From: Bdellovibrionales bacterium
GTDB taxonomy: Bacteria > Bdellovibrionota > Bdellovibrionia > Bdellovibrionales > Bdellovibrionaceae
NCBI GenBank assembly: GCA_031370005.1
Contig: JANMPT010000097.1
Span: 1-64,000, forward strand
Direction of reading: 5' to 3'
DNA: 64,000 bases
Shown: in pieces, positions 9,011 to 19,577 of the stretch
Numbering within the stretch: the stretch's first letter is position 1
How the letters are laid out: each line of letters begins with the position of its first letter
Translations under genes and position numbers: made by a program
Notes under the pieces: generated by a model
What the model was told of the DNA's origin: nothing
Databases searched by the model: none
The model's input: the letters and a program-made list of their open reading frames with translations, nothing else

Positions 9011-11929
9011 ATGAATCAGACACTTAAATTTATCACACTATGTTCTTTTTTGACGTTGATCTCTTTTGCTGCAAAGGCAGAAGTCATAGCAAATGACTCT
9101 AGCGAAAAAGTCTTTATTGATGGGCCAAATACTTTAGTGAGTTCTGCCCGCCAAATTACTTTCGAAGGTTCTAAGTCGGGTGAGGGCTATTTTAGCTCTG
9201 ATGGAAAAAAAATGATCTTTCAAAGTGAAAGATATCCCGGTAATCCATTTTATCAAATGTATATATTGGATTTGGAAACTGGAAAGATAAACTTGATTTC
9301 TAGTGGGAAAGGCAAGACCACCTGTGGCTGGATACATCCAAGTCTTAAAAAAGTACTCTTTTCCTCCACGCAGTTAGATTCCGAATGGAAAAAAAAGCAA
9401 GATGAGGAAAATGAAAACCGTAAAAAAGTCATCAAAGGTCGTTACTCTTGGAGCTTTGACGAAAACTATGAGATTTTTACTTCAGATCTTAAAGGAAAAA
9501 ACTTAAAGCAATTAACTAAGTCCTTGGGCTACGATGCGGAAAGTTCTTATTCTCCAGATGGAAAACTGATTGCCTTTGCATCGAATCGGGCCGGCTATAC
9601 TGAAAAACTTAATGCTGAAGATCAGAAAATGTTTCAGCAGGACCCTTCTTACATGATGGATATTTATATTATGAAAGAAGATGGCACCCAGGTAAAGCGC
9701 CTGACTGATGCTAAGGGCTATGATGGAGGTCCTTTTTTTAGTGCGGACGGTAAAAAAATCACATGGCGTCGTTTTGCACCAAATGGGGCAACAGCAGAGA
9801 TTTATACAATGAATATAGATGGCTCGGATCAAAAGCAAATAACTCACATGAAGTCTATGTCCTGGGCCCCTTATTATCACCCCTCCGGTGATTATATTAT
9901 TTTTGCATCCAGTGTACTTGGTTATGCGAATTTTGAACTATTTATTGTCGATAGAGAAGGAACAAAGACTCCGGTGCGCGTGACTTTCAATGAAGGATTT
10001 GATGGCCTTGCTAGCTTCTCTCCAGACGGTAAGCAAATGACCTGGTCTCGTCGTAATGAAAAAGGTGAAAGCCAAATTTATATAGCAAAATGGGACGATG
10101 CAGAGGCAAGAAAGCTCTTAGGTTTGCCGGCAAGAGATCTATCCGCAGCAGATTTAAAACCTGAAATCAGCGCAGTAGATGCGCAAAGTATCGTAGGCTA
10201 TCTGGCTTCAGAAAAGCTAGCGGGACGTAAGGTGGGCAGTGATGAAGAAAAAATTTATACACAAAAACTTGCTGAGATTTTAGAGTCCTTCGGACTCAAA
10301 GGAGGGGCTAATGATGGTTCTTTCTTCGAGAAATTCGAATTCACTTCAGGTGTGAAACTTGGAGCCAAAAATAAAATGGAGTTTCTTGGGAACTTTAAGA
10401 AAACTTCGCAAATAGGAAAAGATTATGGAGTTTTATCATTTTCAAAAACCGGCACTGTGGAGGGATCTCCTTTGGTATTCGCAGGCTACGGTGTCAAAGC
10501 TCCAGCCACGGATAAGTTCCCAGCCTATAATTCATATAAAAATATAAATGTTCAACACAAGTGGGTAGTAATTTTTAAAGACATTCCCCAAGATGTGGCC
10601 CCAGAACTTCGACACCATTTAAATACTTATGCTCGACTTCAACACAAAGTCACTGTGGCCAAAAACGAAGGGGCCGTGGGGATTATCTTTGTGGATCCCA
10701 CTCAAGAAAAAGAGGATCTTACTAAGTTAAAGTTCGAGGGAACCCTTTCTGATTCAAGTCTAATGGTTTTAAAAATACAACAGGGTCTCTTAAAGGAACT
10801 ATTGAAGTCAGCAGGCCAAGATCTTAAATTTATTTTGGGAAAACTAAATAGCGGCGAACCTCTTGAGGCGATACAGATTCCTGCAAGTTATTTATCCGCG
10901 ACAGTCTCTTTGGATTTTGAAAGGTCAAAAGGCATCAATGTCATTGCAAAACTTCCAGTTAAGGGAGCTAAGAGAGGTATTTTAGTTTCTGCACACGGAG
11001 ATCATCTTGGACGTGGCGAATTTGGCAACTCATTGGCGAAAGCTGAGGAGCGTGGTCAAATTCACTATGGTGCTGACGACAATGCTTCAGGGGTGGCTGG
11101 CGTTATTGAGATAGCTCACTATTTTAGCGATCAATATAAGAAGAAAGCTAACAGTCTAAGAAAAGATCTTTATTTTGCAATTTGGTCAGGTGAGGAGTCT
11201 GGTCTCTTAGGCTCGACAGCATTTGTAAAAAATTGGGGAAAAATAAATAAACAAAAAATTTCAGATTATTTTGATGCCAACCTTAATATGGACATGATCG
11301 GACATCTTCGAGAAAGGCTTTATGTTCAAGGCGTTGGTTCAGGAGATCATTGGTCACAACTTTCTGAAGAAATTTCCATTCGTCAAGCTTTGCCTTTAGT
11401 CTTGCAAGAAGATCCATATCTTCCTACGGATTCCATGGCTTTATATATGGCAAATGTTCCAGCGATTAATTTTTTCACGGGTTCTCATGAGAATTATCAT
11501 ACACCAAGGGATCGCGCAGAGACTCTAAACTATCCTGGACTTGAGCGTGTCATAAAAACTGTTGCCGAATACACCCGGCTTTTGGCAGACAGTTCAATAA
11601 AAATGTTGAAGTACGCTAAGTTCGGAGGCGGTCCTAATAAACAACTTGAAGGGCGAAGCTTTCGTGTTTATCTCGGTACTATCCCAGATTATACTCAAGA
11701 AGGAGTGAAAGGGGTGCGCGTGTCTGGTGCTTCAAAAGATAGCCCAGCGGCGCAGGCGGGGATTCAAGAAAATGATATAATAGTTGAATTTGACGGTGTT
11801 AAAATTGAAAATATTTATGATTATGTTTACACACTACAAGCTGTAAAGCCCAATATTGAGACCTTGATCAAAGTAAAACGACAGGACAAAATAAAAGAGC
11901 TCAAGATTACTCCTAAGCTCAAAGATTGA
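9011..11929 (+). CDS. Secreted M28 aminopeptidase with N-terminal TolB/PD40 propeller, PA and PDZ domains
   Basis: Repeated (F/Y)SPDGK PD40 motifs; SAHGDHLG, GADDNASG, GEESGLLGS, NMDMIG, YHTPRD; C-terminal YLGTIPD...SPAAQAG PDZ. Confidence 0.92.
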   Translation: MNQTLKFITLCSFLTLISFAAKAEVIANDSSEKVFIDGPNTLVSSARQITFEGSKSGEGYFSSDGKKMIFQSERYPGNPFYQMYILDLETGKINLISSGKGKTTCGWIHPSLKKVLFSSTQLDSEWKKKQDEENENRKKVIKGRYSWSFDENYEIFTSDLKGKNLKQLTKSLGYDAESSYSPDGKLIAFASNRAGYTEKLNAEDQKMFQQDPSYMMDIYIMKEDGTQVKRLTDAKGYDGGPFFSADGKKITWRRFAPNGATAEIYTMNIDGSDQKQITHMKSMSWAPYYHPSGDYIIFASSVLGYANFELFIVDREGTKTPVRVTFNEGFDGLASFSPDGKQMTWSRRNEKGESQIYIAKWDDAEARKLLGLPARDLSAADLKPEISAVDAQSIVGYLASEKLAGRKVGSDEEKIYTQKLAEILESFGLKGGANDGSFFEKFEFTSGVKLGAKNKMEFLGNFKKTSQIGKDYGVLSFSKTGTVEGSPLVFAGYGVKAPATDKFPAYNSYKNINVQHKWVVIFKDIPQDVAPELRHHLNTYARLQHKVTVAKNEGAVGIIFVDPTQEKEDLTKLKFEGTLSDSSLMVLKIQQGLLKELLKSAGQDLKFILGKLNSGEPLEAIQIPASYLSATVSLDFERSKGINVIAKLPVKGAKRGILVSAHGDHLGRGEFGNSLAKAEERGQIHYGADDNASGVAGVIEIAHYFSDQYKKKANSLRKDLYFAIWSGEESGLLGSTAFVKNWGKINKQKISDYFDANLNMDMIGHLRERLYVQGVGSGDHWSQLSEEISIRQALPLVLQEDPYLPTDSMALYMANVPAINFFTGSHENYHTPRDRAETLNYPGLERVIKTVAEYTRLLADSSIKMLKYAKFGGGPNKQLEGRSFRVYLGTIPDYTQEGVKGVRVSGASKDSPAAQAGIQENDIIVEFDGVKIENIYDYVYTLQAVKPNIETLIKVKRQDKIKELKITPKLKD

Positions 11930-11949
11930 AATACAAATAATTTAGAATA

Positions 11950-12633
11950 CTAAAGTTTTAACATTGGGCAGGCGTTTTTTAAGAACTTTTTCAATTGAAT
12001 ATCATTGTATTGAAAAATAGCGTCTTGATCTACAGTATATCTAAAAACATCAGAATTTTTAACAACGCAGGAATTTTGCTGTGAATCTTTAAAGGTCACT
12101 TTGCGATTGGGATTTTGACTTGGACTTTGGGCAAGCGTAAATCCAAGGTCCAAATAGAGACCATCATTTTTTAAGAATTCAATGCCACCCTTATTTTTGC
12201 CATTTACGTCATAGTCAATAGCCAAAGTACTGTTGCTTGCACTGACTAGGATTGCTTTTTCAGTGTTAAAAACAAAAATTTTCCCACTAGGAGTCTTTAC
12301 ACTCAAACGTTGAGAAGGAGCATCGTATTGATAACTTACTTCATTTACTTGACGTGGGAAAAAATAGAATTCACGAGCGCCTGTTGATTCTGATTCTGGA
12401 CCATTTCCTAGGGAGTTAAAAATCATAAAAAGGCCGGAATCATCAAAAAGAAAACTACGATAGATAAGGTTATTAGTATTACGAGGATCCAAGGAGACAA
12501 AGCAATCTGTGCCGCTAAGAATAGTTTGAACTGCAAGCTGGTCAAAAACTTCATATTTATTTTGACAGTTTGGCGTGGCAAAAACGAATGAGGAAGTTAA
12601 AAAAAGAAAAGCTAGAATGGATAACGATTTCAT
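11950..12633 (-). CDS. Secreted hypothetical protein
   Basis: 227 aa, Sec signal peptide (..SSFVFA), GGAG RBS. Confidence 0.75.
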   Translation of the reverse strand: MKSLSILAFLFLTSSFVFATPNCQNKYEVFDQLAVQTILSGTDCFVSLDPRNTNNLIYRSFLFDDSGLFMIFNSLGNGPESESTGAREFYFFPRQVNEVSYQYDAPSQRLSVKTPSGKIFVFNTEKAILVSASNSTLAIDYDVNGKNKGGIEFLKNDGLYLDLGFTLAQSPSQNPNRKVTFKDSQQNSCVVKNSDVFRYTVDQDAIFQYNDIQLKKFLKNACPMLKL

Positions 12634-12692
12634 TAAAACTCCAAGGTGACAAGTTTATCCGATAAGTTATATTATGTTACAATAAGTATATG

Positions 12693-13085
12693 CTAGTTAT
12701 CATATGACCATTCCTTGAATCCTAGTTTTAGTGCTGCAGCCAGATTTGAGCGGTCAATTTCGTAAACATTAGAATTACCGGTGGGAGTACCACAAACCTG
12801 AATACGCATCATCCCATCGTTTTTATTGAGACTTGAATAGACCTTAATATCCTTCAAATCCTTTTGCATATCTGCTGTTGAAATCATTTTGCCTTGGCCA
12901 CATTGAAGCGAGCCATCAGCTTTAAAGACTTTGACCCTATCTAGTTTAGATTCAGGTTTCATAACACTATCTCCTGAATTAGGTGCTGTAGTTACTGGAT
13001 GAGCTGTATTTACATCTACGCATTTACCCGTAGCGCAGCCAAAGAGAGCTAGGCTTAGAATGCTTGCATAAATCCATTTTGTCAT
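12693..13085 (-). CDS. Small lipoprotein of unknown function
   Basis: Lipobox LFGC; GSLQC...DGMMRIQVCG Cys pair; AAGGAG RBS. Confidence 0.8.
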   Translation of the reverse strand: MTKWIYASILSLALFGCATGKCVDVNTAHPVTTAPNSGDSVMKPESKLDRVKVFKADGSLQCGQGKMISTADMQKDLKDIKVYSSLNKNDGMMRIQVCGTPTGNSNVYEIDRSNLAAALKLGFKEWSYDN

Positions 13086-13115
13086 CGCAAACTCCTTAAA
13101 ATTACAGTAACTAAA

Positions 13116-14282
13116 TTATTGAAGGTATGGAATCCATTGAGGGTAAGACCATTTTGCTTCGATGGCATAAACGTTGGCCTCACCTGAAATGAAGTAAACA
13201 TAGTTATTTTTATCATCTATTGATGGCGTCGACATGATTCCACGGCCTGGGTCAAAAGAAGAAATTTGTTTACCAGTGTTCGCATCTAGAAATCTTAAAT
13301 GACCTTGAGACTCGCCAAAAACAGCAAGGCCTTTATAGATTTTTACCTGCGTTGCAATGCCCTCTTTTAATTGATAGCTCCAGATTTTTTGGCCATTGCT
13401 TTTTTGCAAAGCCCAAACTTCGCCAGTAGTCGTGGAATAATAAATCTTTTCATTATAAATCGTAACTGCGTAGTAGCCACCGCCATCAATTTTCCACTGT
13501 ATGTCGCCCTTTTTGGCGTTGATGCAATAGAGCTTATCGTCATATCCTGAAACATAGATCAGATCTCCATCAATAATTGGAGAGGCATCCACATCTCGAA
13601 ATTTTTTATTTTTATTTAGAGGAAGCTCCCACTGGAGATTGCCAGTTTTTGCATTTAGGCTCACAAGGGTTCCGTCGCTAAAGCCCACGAATAGGTTGCC
13701 ATCTTTTAAAGCTGGCTTTGAGCCACCACGGATAGAAAAATTGGAATTATCTTGTCGCGAGTATAACCAAATCTGGCGCCCAGAGTCCGCTTCCAAGGCA
13801 TAGACCACATTGGCGCCACTTAAAAAATAAACAATACCTTTGCTTGTATCTAAAAAAGGCTCAGCAATATTTTCAGAGTGCGTCGGAAAGGTCCAGAGAA
13901 CCTTTCCGGTCTTTGCATTTACAGAGTAAAACAATCCGTCGCTGGCACCAAAAAATAAACGATCATTGACAACGGCGGCACCGGCTTCGACGCCATTTAA
14001 AATATTTAAACGCCATAGTTGAAGGCCAGATTCGCGATTGTAAGCAACCATTCCATCTATGGCGTTGGCTTCAATGACGATATTTCCTAGAATTAAGGGA
14101 GTCATGCGATTGATTTTTCTAAAAGCCAGATTGTCTTTTTCTGGTCCTCGGCGGGCCCATAGTTCACGAACTTGAAATTCTCTTTTTTCCGATGTATGAT
14201 TTAGAAGAGTTTCAAAACTCGAACACCCCGTTAGAAGCTCTACTCCCAATAATCCAATAATAAAAAGAGGGTAGATTCTCAA
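13116..14282 (-). CDS. bamB: Outer-membrane assembly lipoprotein BamB (PQQ-like beta-propeller)
   Basis: Lipobox LTGC, repeated A..TG...W propeller blades, DVDASPII, located downstream of a yfgM-like gene. Confidence 0.75.
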   Translation of the reverse strand: MRIYPLFIIGLLGVELLTGCSSFETLLNHTSEKREFQVRELWARRGPEKDNLAFRKINRMTPLILGNIVIEANAIDGMVAYNRESGLQLWRLNILNGVEAGAAVVNDRLFFGASDGLFYSVNAKTGKVLWTFPTHSENIAEPFLDTSKGIVYFLSGANVVYALEADSGRQIWLYSRQDNSNFSIRGGSKPALKDGNLFVGFSDGTLVSLNAKTGNLQWELPLNKNKKFRDVDASPIIDGDLIYVSGYDDKLYCINAKKGDIQWKIDGGGYYAVTIYNEKIYYSTTTGEVWALQKSNGQKIWSYQLKEGIATQVKIYKGLAVFGESQGHLRFLDANTGKQISSFDPGRGIMSTPSIDDKNNYVYFISGEANVYAIEAKWSYPQWIPYLQ

Positions 14283-14314
14283 AGTAAAATCCTTTTTAAA
14301 TTAAAGAGACCGGA

Positions 14315-15127
14315 CTATCCAGCATTCTTTTTAAGTTTTAATAAGCGAAGATACTTTTCAGCGTCTTTACCAAGCCCTGTTTCACCCGCCTGTGGGTTTT
14401 TAGGATTCTGAGAGTCCTGACTGATTTTTTTATAAAGCTCTTGAGCTTTTGCTAAATCATTCATTTTTTCATAGCAGAATGCAGATTTCAAACGAAGAGT
14501 TTCATGAAGGAAGCTCACTTCAGAGGATGATAAAACTTTTTGCCACTGCTGAACAGCTGCGTTACAGTCGTTTTTATCGGATAAAATATTTCCATATTGC
14601 GTAAGAATAATGGCAGAGATCAAGTCTTTGCCATTTGACTGGCCGGCAATTTTTTCAAGTGATAGCGTGGCTTCGTTTAACTTTTTATAGTTCATGTATA
14701 TTTCACTCAAATTCAAAGCCGCCATTTTGGCTGCTTTTGAAGACGCATAGGTTTCTATTACTTGTTTAAAACCAAGCACTTCAGGGCCGAAGTCCTTTTC
14801 AAGATCTCCAGTTGCTTTTGTTTTCGCTGCAAGTGGTTCTTTTGAGTTTTTTTGTGAGGTGCGATTTGCGTTTTTTTCTGCATCCTCAAATTCATGCTTT
14901 TTATCAAGATAAGTTTTTTCGAATTTAAAATATAATTCTTGTGCCTGGGTTTCTTTTTTTTCTGCCACAACATCAAAGATGGAAATTCCAACACCGATAG
15001 TTATAAAGGCAACGATAACTGCAATTACTGCACGGGAGTGATTTTGCGTCCATTGAAAACCCTGATTCAGGGTTTTCAAAACTTGATCTGGGTTTCTTAC
15101 GTCATCCTTTGATAGTTTTTTGCTCAA
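14315..15127 (-). CDS. YfgM-like single-TM TPR protein
   Basis: N-terminal TM and TPR-like helices; yfgM-bamB synteny. Confidence 0.7.
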   Translation of the reverse strand: MSKKLSKDDVRNPDQVLKTLNQGFQWTQNHSRAVIAVIVAFITIGVGISIFDVVAEKKETQAQELYFKFEKTYLDKKHEFEDAEKNANRTSQKNSKEPLAAKTKATGDLEKDFGPEVLGFKQVIETYASSKAAKMAALNLSEIYMNYKKLNEATLSLEKIAGQSNGKDLISAIILTQYGNILSDKNDCNAAVQQWQKVLSSSEVSFLHETLRLKSAFCYEKMNDLAKAQELYKKISQDSQNPKNPQAGETGLGKDAEKYLRLLKLKKNAG

Positions 15128-15200
15128 ACAGATATCCTCTTTAAAATTAGATTTAGAAGATTATTGAATGATGACGCAGGTTTATTGTCAAGTTTGGTTT

Positions 15201-16316
15201 TTAACGGTTAAATACTTCGCGCAGAGTCGAAAATGCACGGCTTGATTTTCCTGGATGTCTTTGTTTAAGGCGGCCAATGGTTTTAATTCGTTCTTCTGCC
15301 AGTCGATCTGCTGCCGTATGATTGCCAATGTTGTCGCGTTTTGCTATTTCAAACACCTTTAAGCAGTTGTCGTATACTTTACGGGTTTTATCAAAAGCAC
15401 GATCTGATGAATAGCCTTCCAATTCCACAAATACATTCATTAAACCTCCGGAATTAATCACGTAATCTGGAGTATAGAGGATTCCCAATTCACGGAGTTG
15501 ATCGCCATGACGAGATTCTGCCAAGACATTATTTGCGCCGCCAGCAATAATTTTTGTTTTGAACTTGGTGATGGTGCTATCATTGACAACTGCACCCAAT
15601 GCGCAAGGAGCAAAGATATCACATTCAACTGTGAGGATTTGTTCCGGGCTGGAAACCTCGCAACCAAATAGATCGTGCATATTTTTTACGCGAACTTGAT
15701 CAATATCAGCAACAATCACCTTTGCACCCTCTTCAACAAGGTATTTTACCAAGTTGGATCCCACATTACCGAGACCTTGAACAGCCACCCTAAGACCTTT
15801 TAAAGAGTCTGAACCAAATTTTTCTTTTGACGCGGCTTTAATACCCATTAAAACACCGTGTGCTGTGTAAGGTGAAGGATCACCGGAGCCACCAAACCCT
15901 TTTGGTATCCCAGTAACCCAAGGTGTTTCCATAAATATATGCTCCATATCTGTAACATTGGTGCCAACATCTTCAGCTGTTATATAGCGTCCATTTAAAG
16001 AGTTTACAAACTGTCCAAAGGCACGGAAAAGGCCTTCAGATTTTGCAGTTTTTGGGTCACCCATAATTACGGCTTTACCGCCACCTAAGTTTAGACCAGC
16101 CGCTGCGGCCTTATAAGTCATTCCTTTGGATAAGCGTAGGACGTCGATTAAAGCCTCTTCTTCATTTTTATAATTCCACATTCTTGTTCCGCCAAGCGCC
16201 GGGCCAAGTGCAGTATTGTGAATGGCAATGAATGCTTTTAAACCGACGCTTTGATCATTACAGAAGACAATTTGTTCGTGGTCACCATGTTTAGAAATCA
16301 ATTCAAATATACCCAA
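15201..16316 (-). CDS. ldh: Leucine dehydrogenase (Glu/Leu/Phe/Val dehydrogenase family)
   Basis: [41 protein letters not shown] start after AAGGAG. Confidence 0.92.
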   Translation of the reverse strand: MGIFELISKHGDHEQIVFCNDQSVGLKAFIAIHNTALGPALGGTRMWNYKNEEEALIDVLRLSKGMTYKAAAAGLNLGGGKAVIMGDPKTAKSEGLFRAFGQFVNSLNGRYITAEDVGTNVTDMEHIFMETPWVTGIPKGFGGSGDPSPYTAHGVLMGIKAASKEKFGSDSLKGLRVAVQGLGNVGSNLVKYLVEEGAKVIVADIDQVRVKNMHDLFGCEVSSPEQILTVECDIFAPCALGAVVNDSTITKFKTKIIAGGANNVLAESRHGDQLRELGILYTPDYVINSGGLMNVFVELEGYSSDRAFDKTRKVYDNCLKVFEIAKRDNIGNHTAADRLAEERIKTIGRLKQRHPGKSSRAFSTLREVFNR

Positions 16317-16384
16317 AAGAATCTCCTTGTGTGGTCCAACTTAAATAAAGAATGAGTGATGATGAGGAGTTTTGAGTAAAAATA

Positions 16385-17557
16385 CTAGTCGTTATGCTCC
16401 GCGCTGTTTTTAAACAGCCGATAGTAAGCATTTAAAAAAATAAATGAAAGCATAAAGAAACTCATGCCAATAAGTATTGCAAGGTGAATACCAAATAGGT
16501 CTGTCATTTGTCCTACTGCAAGATGCATAAATACCAGCATCAGAGAGTCCGTTGCCATCAAATATGAAATTGCGCTGTCGAGATTCTCAGGAAATTCGTT
16601 TGAAATAAAAATAATCGAGAGGGGGTAAAATGGAGCAATTGTAAACCCCGTCAGAATTAAAAACAATGGATGAATAAATAGGCCTGCAAAACCCGCAAAA
16701 AGTGTCATAATAATCGAAATCGAAAGCAGCGTTCTAATTGAGATTTTAAAATGAATAAGCGCAAAAAGAGTCCGCCCAACTAGCATTGCAATAAAAAAAT
16801 AAGTGACATATAGGCTCGATTGCGCCAGATCGAAATTCCATTCCCGGCGCATATATAAAGCCAGACGCGAGGAAATCATTATCTCTCCGGCGACATTAAA
16901 ACTTAGCATACAGGCAATAAAAATCTGTGAAATCAATTGATTTTTTTTATGAAAATGAGGCCCAAGATTTTTTTTTGGTTTTTCATGAAGACCGGCGTGG
17001 GTAGAATGCAAAGAGTAAAGAATTAGTCCCAAGGGACCAAGGCTGGCTACGAGAAAAACTGGCCGCCAACTCCCCGTCATAGTTCCAACATAGGCTACAA
17101 CTAAAGGTGCGCAAAAACTTGCAAGGCCATACATTGCATGGAGTCCTGAAAGTAATCTTTGCTTAAGTACTGGGGGTGCTCCAAGAGATACTAATACGTT
17201 TGGGATTAGGCCGATAATACCAAGGCTTATTCCCAGAAGGAGACTGAAAATTAAAAAAACATTAAACTGCGGTGCCCATGCAAGTCCCAATAGTGCAATA
17301 ATCAAAGAAAAACATCCACCTTGTAGCACCGACTTACGATCAAAATGTCTCAACAAATGTCTAGCAAGATAGCTAGAAACAAACCCCGAAAATGAGCTGA
17401 TGGCAAACATCCATGAACCAAAGGAATCTGAGACATTAAATGTTTTTAGAATTTCAGGAAAAAGCGGGCCGCGAAGATTGTCGGTTAACCCAAAAACGAA
17501 AAGACTAAGATAGGAAATAATAATATATGGCCAAATCATTTTTTTTAAACCTACCAA
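16385..17557 (-). CDS. MFS transporter
   Basis: About 12 TM helices, GPLFP, LHAMYGLASF; the start could be ATG 17539. Confidence 0.85.
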   Translation of the reverse strand: MVGLKKMIWPYIIISYLSLFVFGLTDNLRGPLFPEILKTFNVSDSFGSWMFAISSFSGFVSSYLARHLLRHFDRKSVLQGGCFSLIIALLGLAWAPQFNVFLIFSLLLGISLGIIGLIPNVLVSLGAPPVLKQRLLSGLHAMYGLASFCAPLVVAYVGTMTGSWRPVFLVASLGPLGLILYSLHSTHAGLHEKPKKNLGPHFHKKNQLISQIFIACMLSFNVAGEIMISSRLALYMRREWNFDLAQSSLYVTYFFIAMLVGRTLFALIHFKISIRTLLSISIIMTLFAGFAGLFIHPLFLILTGFTIAPFYPLSIIFISNEFPENLDSAISYLMATDSLMLVFMHLAVGQMTDLFGIHLAILIGMSFFMLSFIFLNAYYRLFKNSAEHND

Positions 17558-17570
17558 TTTGTTAATAATA

Positions 17571-17613
17571 AAAAGGGAAACGGCCGAGATGGGGGGACAT
17601 CATCGGCCGTTTT
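17571..17613 (-). terminator. Hairpin/terminator after the 17658 gene
   Basis: AAACGGCCGA-GATG...CATC-A-TCGGCCGTTT stem, followed on the minus strand by CCCTTTTT. Confidence 0.6.
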
Positions 17614-17657
17614 GGGGGTAAAGTAAATTTACTGCAACTTCTCGGTTTTTTCGTTTA

Positions 17658-17996
17658 TTAGAAAGTTCTATCTGCAGATTTGATTTCGTTTGCAAGTCGA
17701 TTCATTTTTTTCGCTTCTGAAGCACGATAATGAATGGTCTCTTTATCAAAAGTCAGCATAGATTTTTTAGTTTGTGAATTTGTACCGTTTTCAAATTCAT
17801 TTGCTATTTCAATCATTTTCTTTGGAGCCTTCGCTTGAGCTTGTTGAGCGCTGCCCAAACTCTCTTTTAAATCATTACGCAATTGAATTTGAGCTTGAGA
17901 GTTCTCGTTGATCATTGTGTTAAAGTCTTCTATTTTTGCAGAAGAAATAGCAGGGATCATCATTACGGCCAAGAGAGAGAGTAGAGTTGTTTTCAT
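17658..17996 (-). CDS. Small secreted hypothetical protein (sigma54-type promoter)
   Basis: ATG 17996 after GGAGGA; signal peptide MKTTLLSLLAVMMIPAISSA. Confidence 0.8.
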   Translation of the reverse strand: MKTTLLSLLAVMMIPAISSAKIEDFNTMINENSQAQIQLRNDLKESLGSAQQAQAKAPKKMIEIANEFENGTNSQTKKSMLTFDKETIHYRASEAKKMNRLANEIKSADRTF

Positions 17997-18040
17997 TTGG
18001 TCCTCCAAGTTTTGGTTGCAGCGGCTTACTTACTACTAGA

Positions 18041-18056
18041 GCAAGCAGAGTGCCAA
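18041..18056 (-). promoter_or_regulatory. Sigma54 (-24/-12) promoter
   Basis: Minus strand reads TTGGCAC-TCTGC-TTGC, a perfect consensus, 45 nt upstream of ATG 17996. Confidence 0.85.
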
Positions 18057-18216
18057 CCCGGAGCCTCTATAATCGAGCCCGGAAGCATGCCAGTATCTCA
18101 AGTTGAGAAACTGCCAATTTAGGAGCACGAGTGTTCGGTTTCTAACAGGAAAGGATGATTATATAAGAGCTCATGCTTGCCTAGGCCGTTTTCCTTGAGT
18201 AAGGTCTCAAATTAAG

Positions 18217-18831
18217 ATGATAAAATGCCTATTTCCCTCCCCTATTTATTATGTCCCATTGACGCCTAAAGGTATTAAGAAGCTAAATAGTGAGCTATTG
18301 GAAGAAAGTCTCAAATTTAGCCAAGTTGATACGGCGGGAGTCAAATGGTCTAAGAAGAATTATTGTGGTGGCTATAGTTCTTATGGCTCCATTGCCCATC
18401 TTCACCGAGTTTCAACGACCTTTGAAGACCTACAAAAGCTTATCGATATGCATGTTGGTAAGTACATCAAGTATTTAGAGATGGACGTGAGCCCTAAACG
18501 AATTCAAATGACAAGTTGTTGGGTAAATATTATGCCCACAGGCACTTTTCATACAATGCATATTCACCCTTTATCTGTGATCAGTGGGACCTACTACCTT
18601 AAAACCCCTAAAAACTGCAGCTCAATTAAGTTCGAGGATCCGCGAATGCTAGCTTTTATGGCCTCTCCTCCCCGCAAAGAAAAGGCCCGCGAAAGCAATA
18701 GACGCTTTATTGAGCTGAGACCTCAAGTTGGTAATTTGCTGTTATTTGAAAGCTGGATGAGACATGAAGTTCCACAAAATCAATCCAATACAGAACGCAT
18801 CAGTATTAGTTTCAACTATGATTGGGTTTAA
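18217..18831 (+). CDS. Putative 2OG-Fe(II) oxygenase (TIGR02466 family)
   Basis: LFPSPIY, WVN, HIHP..ISGTYY, FEDPR, LFESWMRHEV, RISISFN. Confidence 0.85.
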   Translation: MIKCLFPSPIYYVPLTPKGIKKLNSELLEESLKFSQVDTAGVKWSKKNYCGGYSSYGSIAHLHRVSTTFEDLQKLIDMHVGKYIKYLEMDVSPKRIQMTSCWVNIMPTGTFHTMHIHPLSVISGTYYLKTPKNCSSIKFEDPRMLAFMASPPRKEKARESNRRFIELRPQVGNLLLFESWMRHEVPQNQSNTERISISFNYDWV

Positions 18832-18836
18832 TGTAG

Positions 18837-19577
18837 ATGTCGGCAGTACTAGTACTTCACAATATTCAAAAAAATTTTAAGGACCGTGTGGTTTTAAAAT
18901 CTGTTAATTTAAGCCTTTACGAAGGAGAATTCCTTTGTCTTCTCGGCCCTTCAGGTTGTGGAAAATCTACTTTACTAAGACTTATGGTTGGACTCGAAAG
19001 TCCTAATAGTGGGAATATTTCTTGGAGCACACATGAAAAGAATTTTGCTTTTGTCTTTCAAGAGTCCCAATTGTTACCTTGGAGAAATGTTTTAGAGAAC
19101 ATACGTCTCCCGCTAGAGATACAGACTGAGCTGCCCATCGAAGAGCAAAATCAAAAAGTACTTTCAGTACTTCAAAAGGTGAATTTGAAATCTTCTGAAA
19201 ATCTTTTCCCACATGAACTTTCTGGAGGAATGAAAATGCGGGTTTCAATAGCTCGAGCGCTCATTTCTTCGCCAAAGGTTCTTTTTATGGATGAACCATT
19301 CTCCGCCTTGGATGAGGTCACCCGCCTTCTCATGCAAAGACAACTGCGGGCACTTTGTGAAAAAGAAAAACTGAGCGTAATTTTTGTAACTCACTCAAGT
19401 TATGAGGCGGCCTTCTTGGCGGACCGGATACTATTAATGAATGCCAAAGGGGGCGAAATTATTTTAAACGAAAAAATCGCTTATAATCAGCTTCGCACAG
19501 AGGCCTTGAGAAGCAGTGCCGATTATCAAGCAAATATTGAAAAAATCAGCGCGAAGATGCAAGAGTCTTTTGCATGA
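18837..19577 (+). CDS. NitT/TauT-family ABC transporter ATPase
   Basis: GPSGCGKST, LLPWRNV, LSGGMKMR, MDEPFSALD. Confidence 0.92.
   Translation: MSAVLVLHNIQKNFKDRVVLKSVNLSLYEGEFLCLLGPSGCGKSTLLRLMVGLESPNSGNISWSTHEKNFAFVFQESQLLPWRNVLENIRLPLEIQTELPIEEQNQKVLSVLQKVNLKSSENLFPHELSGGMKMRVSIARALISSPKVLFMDEPFSALDEVTRLLMQRQLRALCEKEKLSVIFVTHSSYEAAFLADRILLMNAKGGEIILNEKIAYNQLRTEALRSSADYQANIEKISAKMQESFA

Noticed and set aside
12639..12665. FliA-like TCCGATAA box
   Set aside because: No -35 at the correct spacing, and it points opposite to the flanking minus-strand genes.
18060..18216. TPP riboswitch before the NMT1/THI5 ABC operon
   Set aside because: No CTGAGA...ACCTGA...GCGTAGGGA pattern; the TTGAGA present belongs to the palindrome site.
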